64,000 bases of DNA, from positions 8,853,677 to 8,917,676 of the forward strand of contig CM082592.2 in NCBI GenBank assembly GCA_040954595.2, in the 5' to 3' direction. Source of the DNA: Balanoglossus misakiensis (Eukaryota; Animalia; Hemichordata). The position numbers were made by a program, and so were the translations under genes. Each line of letters begins with the position of its first letter. Within the stretch, counting starts at the first letter, position 1. The notes beneath the pieces were generated by a model. The model had not been told where the DNA came from, made no database searches, and worked only from the letters and a program-made list of their open reading frames with translations. This document shows, one piece after another, positions 53,001-64,000 of this stretch.

Positions 53001-56000
53001 CAGGTTAAAAGCCAGACAATGAAGACAATGACGTCGACGTCCCACGAAATGGAATACTATAAACTGAGCCCTAAAGTAGTGATCCCTACACCTAAAGATG
53101 ACAGCTCGACGGGCCCATCAAATGAAGTCAGTGAAATTCTGGCAAACGCCGAAGTGAACAACAATTAATCTGTAAGTGTGAAACAGAAATACGTAGTGAA
53201 TTTAAACAGTTTTACGCCAACTCACTCAGACAGACAAAAACTGTGATTATGAAAACAGGAGTAACCCGACCAGGTTGAAGGAGAGATAATGAAGTACTGG
53301 AGAGGGGATTACGCTTTTGACAATCAACCATAACAAAGGTAGATGCCCGGTCATAGCGGGTTCGTAACCTGTGCGATTCAACCTAGAAGAGTGCAGTTTC
53401 ACACACAATGTACACACACACTCTGACGTTTCGATGCTCCCTCGATGCACATAAAAAGACATGCATTTTAAACGCGTGTATAAACACTACTATTCCAGTT
53501 TTTACCTGTACATCCTCTGTAAATGTTATTGACAACTGAAGGCCTTTTTTTTCAATGATGTGTATTATTTGCTACTTCCCTTTTGTTCTCATTCCCTGCA
53601 TTGTCCCTTTTGTTGTCATACGGGAGAATAACCAGCTTATGGTTTCTACAGACTGGTGTGGTAGACAACACAAAAGGTACACATTCTGCTAGTATTTTTC
53701 AAACAAGACTGAAAGCGTACCGAAGGTGATGTTGTCTTGACACAATCACTTTCCCATACACCCAAAGGGAGAACACATTTTCTCGTTTACATTCAGAACT
53801 TACTTGGGTCAATTTTTCAGTGTTTTATATCTTTCCAATAAAAGGGGATCATTTGTGAGAACACAAACTTTCATTACATGTTCAATTATTTTAATGTGTT
53901 TCTTCAAAACTGAGAAAAGAGTGGGTGTCCCAGTACAGCAAAACAGACAGCCACGTTGGAATGTTTTGAAGGTCTTGTGGAGTGCGAGGCAGGGGGCACG
54001 TAAGGCAAAACTGATAATCAAATATCATTACACCATGTTATTTAGTGTGTTTGGCATTCTTCTCCTAATTAGTTGCACTGAATCAATAAGGTTTGTAAAT
54101 ATGATACCTGGGAAATCTCACGTCAGATATGTTTATAGACAACCTCAGCCTTCGGAGAAACTGGAATGAAATTAGTCATACAGTCAAAAGTAAATTAGGA
54201 TAATTTAGCTTGCAAAAAATAACTTTGCTTGCAAATTATCCACTTATCAAGAAGCACATATTAAATTTTAATAATAGCTATTATTGTATATTCAAATTTG
54301 GCTGCTCAGACCAGCCAATAAATGATTAATGATGACAATTTAATTAGTAATTTTGAATATTCAAGATTGTAATTTCACTTCATAACAATATGCAATATTG
54401 AAATTGCTTAGCCGATATTCAAGGTTGAAAGGATAACAGTAAAAGGAAATCGAGAAATCGACACTGTCAAGGGACCAAGGCACTCTACAGTGATTGATGG
54501 AAAAAATATACAGTCATATTCTCATTTTCATTCAAGACTTTTTTGTAATCATTAAAAAAGTAGATCTATGCAGAAATGCAGCAGTCCACAAATATTTATG
54601 TCATACTTGTAAGAAATCATGAGTTTCTGCATCTATAGAAGATGGTAGGGAAAGGGTGAGTTAATAAATTTAACATTGTAGGAAGTTCTTTCTGAGGACC
54701 ACTCACTGACGACTAAATTTTTTTTTACAAATCCTATTAGAAGTCCTAACAGACTACAGGACACTGGGATAATTGGCCAGTGTGTTTATTTTAATAATTT
54801 AAGAGTTGGTGGTTAAATTACAATAATCTATTTGCTAAATTAATAGTGCCAAGAAACAATTTCAAAGTTTTGTTTACCAGAAATTGCACTACACTTTAAA
54901 AGCACCTTTTTTCTGTCTCTCAAGGGGCCTTCCTCATCTACTTCAGAGGTATCATCTTACAGAGAGGATATGATCCATGTCTAAGGGGAGAACCATTTGA
55001 TTTCTGGGGTGGGAGCTTGAATTTGCTGACATACCCCAATCCTCCACTCCCCCCCCTAAAAATCTACTGGTTCTCCCCTAATGTAGCAGCAATATGTAGG
55101 ATAGAGTTACTCACACTGCACGAACTGGACAAAATAACAACCAGGTCAATGAACGTTTTTACAGTACATTCGACCTGTGTCGCAGCATAACAAGCTCATT
55201 TAACAATTTCAGACTCACGATGTGACTTCATTCTGAATCTGACTTACGTTTTTTATACTTTTAATACTTTTGGAAGACTTTCTACTTTGTAACATGAATA
55301 TCATACACATGTGTATGTGTTTTCCATTTGCACTGAATATTTCCGGAGGTCACTTTTTAATTCATGTAACACACCATGGTTCTCCACAAAGACAATCCTA
55401 TGTATCATGCATTTAATGCTTCAATTTGCGGAATGTAAGCATAATTTATAAAGCAATGGAATGCAAGATTATTTGTTCTTTTTTATAGCGCAAAGATAAT
55501 GTATATAAAGGCTGAAAACTTGCAGTACATTAGTTCCAACAAGTTGAACAATTTGCTGATGAATGAACATATGCACCATTCATTTATTTCACTTCCCACA
55601 CTGGGGAAACAGGCTGACCTAGTCTGAGTATTTTATAAGAATTCATATCTATGTATTCATTTCATGTTCAACCGTATAACAGACTTGGTATTTTTCAATA
55701 TAATCACGAATCCCTTATGATTGCCAAATTGAATGAAACATTTTCCATCATTTTGTCAATAAAATGGAAATATTCTTAACACTTAATTTAGTCTGAATGT
55801 CTTTTGCTTTGCCTTACTTAAAATTCAACAGTCCATAATGATTACTGGTGCAATGAATGCTGATCATGAAATTTTAAGGGGGTATAAAATTACACAGGAA
55901 ATGCTAGCTGTCATGGCACTGTGCCATTGCATGTTGTAAGGAATCCTCCTTCAAGCGAAGAATGGACTAATGCCAAACTGTACATGGGAGGATCACATTT

Positions 56001-59000
56001 GGTTCAACAAACATGCCAACTTGAGTTATTTTATTTATTTTTTGTACCCATCTGTTGTTGCAAAGCAACCCCAGTGAGTCAACAACCGGGTACTTGATCA
56101 TCCAACAATAAAGGGTCTGACCATCCCTGACCTCAGCTTTGACCTTCAACACAGTTGTCACAGAGAGGACTGGTAAACATGTGCACATGTAACATTAGTC
56201 GATGGTGACTAAACATAAAGAGAGCCCACCACTGAGCAGTGCCTGTCAAAATGAGGACAAGGATGTAGTTCACCCTTGACCTCAGAGCGATTATTCATGA
56301 CGCGAAGAAAGAGATTTTCTCAATAAAAGGAACATGAGCAACATGTTTATAACAACAATTTAAAAGTTCTTTGCACTTTGCCTGGACACCGTACTCTTGT
56401 TATTGTAGATTTTTCAGCATCTTTGTCAACGACATGGTGGTTCAAATCATACTTGGCAGCGTGGGATATGACATATCATCTTCCTTTGTACAATAGTGAC
56501 TCATTCACAATTCTACATCCATTAAAACATTGGCAACCAGCACCACCAGAAAGTCCTTGGTCAGAGAACGATCATGCGCACATGCATACACAAGTACGGT
56601 GAGACAGCTTTTCTGCCCAATTTCCAATTCAGAGAAGTGATGTCTTATGTAACGAATCCTTCAGCTTTGTGTTGTTAATAGTTTGCCATGGTATTCCTCA
56701 GATTCCACAAACCAGCCTTTATTGTCCAAGTTGAGACAACGTGCAAAAAGGGATTCCAGCTTCCCACTGTATCTAAAGTATTCTGACTCATTCAGACGGA
56801 TGACGACTGCCAAAATATGCATTTCATGAAAACAGTAACAGAATATTTAAGTTTACATGAGAGATGGGGTACATATAATGTGTCTGGGTTTTATTTCTGT
56901 ACGGCGTCACTGGAAACTCAAAGGACTCACAATTCAGTCCTCATAAACGACAGACCTGAGCAGTTTCAACACAACAGTTATTTCAGACTTGTATTTTTAC
57001 AAACATCCCTGCAACAATAGGAACTCAATCGGCTCACTTTGAATGTCGAGATACATGCACACATCAAAAGACACCAAAGATACTAATCGCTTGCTATTTT
57101 TTTATGAAGAACACAATTTCATAGAAGGATTATATGACAGGGTGGGAACATGAAATTCAAAGCAAACAAGTTGAAATCATGCATGTCTGGCTTAATCCAC
57201 AATTGAAAGACATAGGGTAGTTTTTTTATTAAGGTTCTATGTACTGCAAGTTGTTTGCTTCCTGCCAGACTGGCTTTTATTTCTTCATTTTATGATTTTC
57301 TTTGTGAACACCCGACAATAGATTATACCAGAGTTACCTCTATATAGTTATAGCACATTGTATGCCTGATTAGAATTTCGAAAACAAGATGTGACATGCG
57401 GAGGGCAGTACCTCTTTTCTTTTTTATTCAGAGTTTTTATTATGATCTTCAAGTGATAGCTCTACTACGAGTTCTGAAGTCTGAGATAATGTGTGATAGT
57501 CAAATGGACAGACTCAGACAATACAGCATCTGAGGATGAGCCCCTCAACACTCTTTGCGACCAGCTATCAGATTCAATACTTGAATATTTACCAAGTCAA
57601 CTATGTAAAAGTTTGGTTGCTCTGATCTAGTGTATTTTTTTATTGACAGATGACGTGCACAGAACTGTTTATTGGGAAACAAAGAGTCAGCTGTGCATTA
57701 CTACATGTACATGTATATGACCCTTTAAATTCACCAACAATCTCAACAGTTCCTTTATGTAACTCAACAACTACATATGCCTTCTCCGTTTGGTTCTTCA
57801 CTGTTCCACAATTACAGACTTACTTACGGCTGGCAAACAAACCCACAACAATGTGACCTGTACAACACAAAAGAAGATTATCTCATACATTGAATGGTCC
57901 AGACAGCATTCATCATTAGTTCTTTCAATCCTCAGTCGCACACATCTGAATAGAATTTTTCCCCCACCAACAATGCGTAGTCTGACCTGCAACACCTAAG
58001 CAAAGTTGAAACCATGCATTTGAAAGAACTGGGTACAGCAGGTTTTGTGGCTCAATGGGCAGGGAGGGTCTTGTTTTGGGGCTGTACTGATTACTCGACA
58101 GATGGACATGGCAGTCATCTGGGTTATGGAGATCATACCGTATCTATCACGTGTCGCAAAACAGCACAAGCTGCGGTTGAAAGTCTACTTCAATGCCACT
58201 GCATTGTTTCATCACTGACAAAACAGCAGGAAGAGGTTTATGACAGACCGAATGGACAGAAAAACAAATTCCCCATCAAACATACACCATGCAACATTTT
58301 GAAAGTAAAAGCTACAGCAGGACAGTGGGCGAGACGCACAAACATGATATGATGCAGCACAAACAGGGGAACACACACAATCACATCAGCCAGAACTGAG
58401 ACGGCATTGTGGAAGACACAAGAGACAAAGGTCATCAAGTGCAGATGCAAACACATCAACCATTCAACAATTTTATTGCCCCTCCCCATTATTCAACACA
58501 CACAGCAACTGACTAAACACTGACCTCTGCTATCCGCCCATTCAAGATGTTCGGAACTGGGTCACGACTGGGACAGTCTTACGATCGTTGACAGGTCCCT
58601 GGAGGACACCATGTTCCGTTCCACTGAACGCAATGCCCTGAATGAAACACAGGAGAACTCTCCACCTGTCACAAGCTGACGAAAGTGACAAATGTTTGAG
58701 TGTCAAGCAAGAGGCCATGCACCTTGCTTACCACTGCAATGTGTCAGCCATGACATGGTGTGTGTAAGATACTGTAAAACGGGGAATTTCCACGTCAGGA
58801 AATTTTTGCGATATCAACAGAAGCCACTATTCCGTGACGATTAATTTTCTTCATTCTCTTCATCTCCAAATAACATTCTATTGTACATTGTTCTTTCGCG
58901 AAAATTTATTGTTCGTGAAAATTTCCCATTTTACAGTATGTAAGCAAACTTACTTGTTCAGTGTTGGATGCTTCACAAATGCTGACAAACCTTCAAAATA

Positions 59001-59823
59001 AACAATTGGAAAAAATTACATTGATGTAAATAACCTGAGTATAGTCAGCTGTATGCCTGTAGTGCATATTTGTGAGGGCAAATACATCCACAGAAAAAAC
59101 TTACCAAATTGAGAGATGGTGAACTGTCTGGCAATTCGTTTGAGTTTGACATATCTTTCTGCCGGCGAGTCAAAAAGACTGGGACTGTCATTTTCACAGG
59201 TTTGAAGACCTGTGAACTCAGTATCAATGGCTGCAAAGGAAGAATAGTAATTTAGCAAACTGACATACATCAACTGTAAATTCTCAATAACAAACACCAT
59301 AAATATATTTAATTGTAATGTCGTAACGAGTCTGCAGATTAACTTTCCGTCCAATATAACTTTGAAACCATACAAGGGAATGCCAAAGTTGGAAAATATA
59401 ATTAAAAGATAGTACATGTATTGCATTTGAAAAGTTAATAAAAACAGCAGGCGGGCTTAAGTTCCGCCGCTGAGGGCATGCTTCTCAAGTGACAAATCTC
59501 TGCGGGGGGCGGGGAGTCGAGTGTGAGCTTGCGCGGAGCACATGCAAAACCGCCGTTATATTGCACCCGGTCAGCGTTACGGAAGGTCCTCCGGTCGAGG
59601 CCTCCGCATAACAAGCGGCGCGTACAGTAGGCAGTGATATCTTGCAAAGGGTTCCAACAACGTGGCTTGAACTCCGTGAAAATGCCTGACCACGCTGTAC
59701 TGTACATGTATATTTCGACTTTCCTCGCCTTCACGGAAACTCACCGATAAATTCACTCGCGTCGATAGCTTGTAAAATTCTTGGAAGCTCAGCTTCAAAG
59801 TGGGACCGAAGAATTTCACACAT
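43667..59823 (-). CDS. PNLDC1: PARN-like 3'-5' exonuclease PNLDC1 (piRNA Trimmer): DEDDh CAF1 domain, R3H-like, RRM-like and C-terminal transmembrane anchor, about 20 coding exons
   Basis: MCEILRSHFEAELPRILQAIDASEFIAIDTEFTGL...FNFYLFP...FLCQASSLEFLCKHGVDFNKFIYEGVPY...PVVGHNMLLDL...FDTKYL...HEAGYDSFTTG...FGAYGSVDVR...HSPVVRLLLWSGVAVTGFVCLWTFLSPAK*. The hydrophobic tail distinguishes PNLDC1 from PARN. All exons join in frame. Confidence 0.92.
49982..50442. mobile_element. Non-autonomous foldback DNA transposon (P/Galileo-like termini) in PNLDC1 intron 3
   Basis: Inverted arms 49982-50216 and 50226-50442 around a 9-nt loop. Termini CATAGGGAAC...GTTCCCTATG. 7-bp direct repeat ATCAAAC on both flanks. 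Internal (GTT)n/(AAC)n tracts and a CGACCTAGGTCG palindrome in each arm. Confidence 0.88.
52041..52148 (+). promoter_or_regulatory. Candidate TATA box (TATAAGA 52041) with Inr-like CATT about 30 nt downstream, or alternatively a 98-nt 5'-UTR intron (GT 52051 to AG 52148), of the nested gene
   Basis: Both motif sets are visible and the sequence alone cannot distinguish them. Confidence 0.35.
52173..53168 (+). CDS. Intronless 331-aa protein of unrecognised family, nested antisense within PNLDC1 intron 3
   Basis: 996-nt ORF with strong start context (caagATGG). Marked C/G third-position codon bias and high CpG against AT-rich flanks. Globular-looking first ~275 aa and a low-complexity Ser/Thr/Asn tail. 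Confidence 0.85.
   Translation: MGICFDEVDPSFPIILDAIRELRCDDRLDVVAVRRAANDYICGDDPALYTEYEDQADFIATMPNVLRMFMLKVTGMDSYHNPDFGTHAKYRNLSSDVNFNITGYGPTIMMASSGYEAREYTTNFERLYPQHYIERKLEDLAVDGTMFLPRMMYIVEGSAPDLTFYEITTTLSVTRSNPEVRKLKFMCKGSVLCTEARIHDAEKASKDGFPQFKSLINLLDRCKEIRYEKKGCCSEETAWMSRHGSITSDLAFQSLANLKLADKKPNNIPFVSIWASQVKSQTMKTMTSTSHEMEYYKLSPKVVIPTPKDDSSTGPSNEVSEILANAEVNNN
54985..55078. mobile_element. PIF/Harbinger (Tourist-like) MITE, 94 bp
   Basis: TIRs GGGGAGAACCATTTGATTTCTGGGG / CCCCTAAAAATCTACTGGTTCTCCCC, flanked on both sides by TAA. Confidence 0.75.
58772..58936. mobile_element. Tc1/mariner-pogo-type MITE, 165 bp
   Basis: TIRs CTGTAAAACGGGGAATTTCCACG / CGTGAAAATTTCCCATTTTACAG, with TA on both flanks. 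Confidence 0.75.
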
Positions 59824-60308
59824 CTTAACACATTTCCACGGGAAATCACGCCTAATAACAGTCGAAACTCGTAAAATATTGCCTTCAAATTCAATTCAAA
59901 AGTTTTCCCTTTATGTTTCAGAAGCTCTGTCCCCGGGTATGAAACGGAGCTCTCTATTGGACAATAGTTGTGAAATCACCCACTCGTAGAACGTTTTACT
60001 TAGAGTTTTAACTCAAAGAATTTATACAATCTCTAGTAGTGAATTCGCTAAAAAATATTAATATTATTATAGAATATCAAGCTCATTTTTCTCATAACTT
60101 GTAGTTAAATGTTTTAGCAGTTTTTTTAAGTATTTGTAATTAATAAACTACCGTTGTCAATAAAAGAAAAGTGACCATGTAAAATGTCACAAGAACCGCA
60201 CGACAGTCTGCAAATGCGTAATTACTTTCCGTACATTCCATCAAAAACAGCAATGGCGCCGTGCATGAAAACAAAAATACTGAGGTGACCTGGAATTTTT
60301 TCCTCAAA
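59824..60308. promoter_or_regulatory. Bidirectional promoter between PNLDC1 and the secreted-protein gene
   Basis: Divergent ATGs at 59823 and 60309. Two TTCAAA (CHR-like) at about 59884 and 59895, ATTGG at about 59956, MYB-like ACCGTTG at about 60150. Confidence 0.5.
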
Positions 60309-63300
60309 ATGTGGCATCGAATTGCATTCTGTGTCTGTATTCTGTTCTTGCCATATTATATTGTCACTTCACAAGGTGAGGCCCTGTCGTCAATCGTTCT
60401 GTTTATCAGATTTGATGAAATCAGTCATTTTAGTAGCCCAGAGACGGTCGTTGCCTGGGACGCTCAGATATTGTACAACTCACACATCACACACACACAC
60501 ACACACTGAGACAGGTCTGTGATTAGCTATGGTAACACAGCTGGTAACCCCACCCCACGACACAGCTGCGTTACCACAGCTAGTCTGATATGCTGCAGTA
60601 CTTGTAGCTCGAAGTTTTGTGCCTGGTTGTGTGTGGACAACACAAACAGATCCACACACATTACTGGGCAAACCATCAAGTAGCAGGACTGCAGCAAGTC
60701 TGTGATCTGATCACCAGAAATACAGTCTGGCTGGTGAAAGGCACATACAGTGATACACTGAAAACCACTCCCTTTCATATGGCCATTAGTGCAGTGCTAC
60801 TCGGAAATTAAATTGAATTTATATTCACCAATATTGTAATGTTTTTCTTCTAAAATTCAAATTGTTGAGCTGATCTTTCGTACATGTTCACATTAGACAT
60901 TCTCAGCTCAAAGTGATACTGATTCACATTAGAAATTTAGTCCAGGATTTCCCATCACCAAAACTCTCCTAATCACATTTCCGAATCTGCTCTCACCTAC
61001 AGAAAATGCCTATGGTACTGTCAATGTTGGTGTATTAGTAGCTGTGAATGGCACCAACTCAACTGCCATAAGCTCTGTACCTCAGCTCTTTACAATCACA
61101 GAAAATGAGGAAGAAGGCTACCTCCCTGTGTACTTGCTTGTCTACAATGGAAGTGTGGCTGATGCCGATTTCAATCCTGCTTTGATTACAGATGACGTTA
61201 GTGCATTTCAAATGTTACTATTTAAAGCTCCATTAGCTGTAACTTTTCAGAATGATTTCATTGTTTTTGTTTTGTTTATCTACTGCAGATTCTTGATCAA
61301 ATTCATGAAATATGATATGTTATTGTCAGTTTTTAAAGTTTTCAAAGTTACTATGGACAATTATGACTTCCTTTTATAGATTGTTGTCTACTGCAACACA
61401 ACCACCACTTACAGTGATGGAGACACATTGATTGAATTTGCGTACACTATCATTGAGCAAGGACTTACAGCTGATGAAGTGCTTTATATGTAAGTATATG
61501 CACACCAGGAGTGAGGATATTTTTTGTCCATTTTACTTAAGCTCAGTTCCTTACAGTGTGTTTCATATTTTCTGTATGGGTGATTCTTATTTTCTTTTTC
61601 TGTTATTTTCATTCTTCAGCCCAGTATCACAAGGCAGGTCTGTGGAAGTCCAGTGTAGCGGTGAATATGTTGGGCTCAATCCCAACAACAATAACCTCTT
61701 CAATTTGACAACATCAGCTGGTTTTCCTGGGTGAGTGACCAGACCCATCAAAAGTTTAGTTTTCAGCAGATGCAAGCGTTAAGCCAGCCTATTAGTTGCA
61801 TAATTAACTGAATGCTGCATCTGTACTCTATCTTTGTTCTGTAATATTTTGGTGTGAATCCAAACTTCTGTTTTTATTTCCCAGGTTTGTGGCTGTTGAG
61901 AAAAGCCCTATAGTCAGTCTCTGTGCAGACTTTATAATAGTACCAAATGAAGTGATCCCGTATCGCAGAAATCCTACTGTTCCTGTTGTGCTCAGGTGAG
62001 TTCAGCTCCATTCTGCACTAAAAACAATGAATATCTTTAGTACATGTACTCCTATTATGATTTTCATGTCGTCATTTGTCCAACTCTTCTACTTTCAGTG
62101 AAGTGGCAACTGGTTCCAATGTCACCGTTTCTTGTGCAGTAACACAGGTTATATCAGGTAGGTTGGAGAAGTTTCCAAATTCGTAGGATACAAGTTGGCG
62201 CTCACTCGTACATGTACGAATGCTGATACCATTTCAGGTTTGATGACTGCAATAGTTCATGTTTTCATTCGTCTGTCTTCCTCAAAATCCAACAGACACT
62301 GTGCCGTTATTGCTGTGGTTTCCTGACACAATTATACCAGTTGGAAACAGAGCAGCCGTGGTAAGGATACATCTTCACAATACTCTACATGTACCCCTCC
62401 ATGATAGGGCTTAACATGTCTTCTTTTACTTACTGCATTCTGTTGGCATGATTTTTTTCCAAAGCCATATTTCCTTTCAAAGACGAGTGGAAGCTGCCAC
62501 AAACCATACTCACTGTGTGTTACATTTGTATTTATTGGTATATGTATATTTTATACAGATCACGTATGATGTTGTACAGAAAGGGGAGCCAGTGACAGTG
62601 GAATGCACAGCACAGTCTGTCAATGGAACTCAGTTTATGACTAACACATCATCAGGTGATGAAGTCACATTTATGTTGGATGTTGGTGACGTGCGACTCA
62701 TCCCCATTTTGAACAGAGTGTACAAGCCTCGACTTCAGACCTACCTGGTGCTGGACGAGCCGATTTCTGCCAACAGTGAGATTGTCACCTTCACGTGTGT
62801 GCTGACGTCAGCCGACAGCACGGAGGCAGCCAGACAAATTGCCAACAATCCCACGTGTGAGGCGTACAGCGAGACAAGACCAACTAATCCTGACCCACGT
62901 GAGTTTCTCATGATTATATCCAATCAGGGTGAAATCAACCTTCGTGATACATGTATAGGTACTTTCAACAATGCTGTATGACCAGATCTAGAGGCCCAGT
63001 CATGCTGTTAGCAACTGAAGAATACAGGGATTCATTATATCAAATGGAATTATACATAGAAAATGTGATGTAAAGATGGTCATTTCCAAATTATTTAATA
63101 ATGATTCTGCTGGACTTTCCCCCTCTATAAATTCACTGGTACTCTACTGGTATGGTAAGTTTTATGTTGTTGTGTAATATTGTATTTTGGTAAGGTTGGG
63201 AATATCATAGATGCATATTGCAACTTGAATGTAGAGCTTATGCAGTGATACTGATAGACTGAGGGTAGGTGACTGGAAAGCAAATGTTTTCCTGCTATCG

Positions 63301-63944
63301 GGGTTCATAGTTCCGTATTTGGACTGTAATAATTTTTATTGCAGTTACAAAGTTGCATGCCACTTGCCTGACAATAGAGTTGTATGTAGTCACCATAGGA
63401 ATGCATCAATGCATATTGTTGAGTGGCTAAGTTGGATTGGGCAGTGTGGCTAGCAGCAGACAGAATTAGTTCTGGGTTGAATTGGGTATACACTGTAACC
63501 TGGGAAATCAGTTTGTACAATACTGGTGTAAAAGTGCATAAATTTAGATTTAGGAATGGATTATGTGGTCACTATTCCCTGCAAAATGAGATAGCTGCAG
63601 TAAGTAGACAATAGCTGTGCATGTAGCCTGGTGCCTTGATTGCAGATTCTCAATTGAAGAATTGCATGAAGCATGGTGGTGTTACTGAACACTGTTGCCC
63701 CATGCCATGCCAGAAAAAGTACGCTGTACATCCTGTGTTCACCTTTTCACCTAACACAAAACTAACATTACCTGCCTGGATCATTACAGCTCCAACATCC
63801 AACACGACCAACACAACCGCAACGCCACCGACAACAATACCACCCACAACCGTTCCCACCACCGTTCGCGTCGGCACCACCGCTGGATATCCAGCCAACA
63901 TCAGCACATACTGGGAATTGACCAACTCAATATTTGAGTTCCAG
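60309..63944 (+). CDS. 5' portion of a secreted or membrane glycoprotein with repeated beta-sandwich-like modules and a Thr/Pro mucin-like stretch; continues beyond the window
   Basis: Signal peptide MWHRIAFCVCILFLPYYIVTSQ (60309-60375). Phase-consistent exons start near 61003, 61380, 61620, 61885, 62099, 62296, 62559 and 63790. Many NxS/T sequons. The last visible exon ends ...WELTNSIFEFQ|gtaaga. Confidence 0.8.
60488..60505. repeat. (CA)n microsatellite
   Basis: cacacacacacacacaca in intron 1 of the secreted-protein gene. Confidence 0.8.
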
Positions 63945-64000
63945 GTAAGAATGGATTTTATTTGGCCTGTACAGATGTCACGTCTACCATACTTGTGTGT

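Noticed and set aside
52152-53045. 297-aa minus-strand ORF overlapping the nested gene
   Set aside because: It is the codon-aligned antisense shadow of an ORF with high C/G third positions, which suppresses stops on the other strand. The composition (V/H/L/R/A-rich) is typical of such shadows.
1-64000. CRISPR arrays, tRNA, rRNA, U12-type introns, autonomous transposase or reverse transcriptase ORFs
   Set aside because: None recognised by eye. All introns examined were GT-AG without the U12 GTATCCTT donor. Covariance-model and repeat-library scans were not possible.

Overview
AT-rich, intron-containing animal genomic DNA, probably from a marine invertebrate bilaterian (inferred from gene content, short introns, CpG-poor gene bodies and CpG-rich promoters). 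Exons were assembled by eye from GT-AG sites and reading phase. The window has seven complete multi-exon genes: FLOT2 (+), TRIM37 (-), ERCC6L/PICH (-), ESS2/DGCR14 (+), C1QBP (-), TMEM120 (+) and PNLDC1 (-). It also has the 5' part of an unidentified secreted glycoprotein gene (+) and an intronless 331-aa orphan ORF nested antisense in the 10-kb third intron of PNLDC1. The most striking observation is that flotillin-2 has three paralogous alternative first coding exons. They encode different lipid-anchor N-termini (MGNC, MCNCCDDCCC, MGNI), and each has a CLEAR/M-box-type E-box upstream. Other points of interest: a frame-enforced mutually exclusive exon pair in TRIM37, a 461-bp foldback transposon with a 7-bp target duplication, two small MITEs, a candidate U6-guiding C/D snoRNA in a C1QBP intron, and three compact head-to-head gene pairs. 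No rRNA, tRNA or CRISPR array was recognised. Gene identities come from recalled protein sequences, not from database searches.
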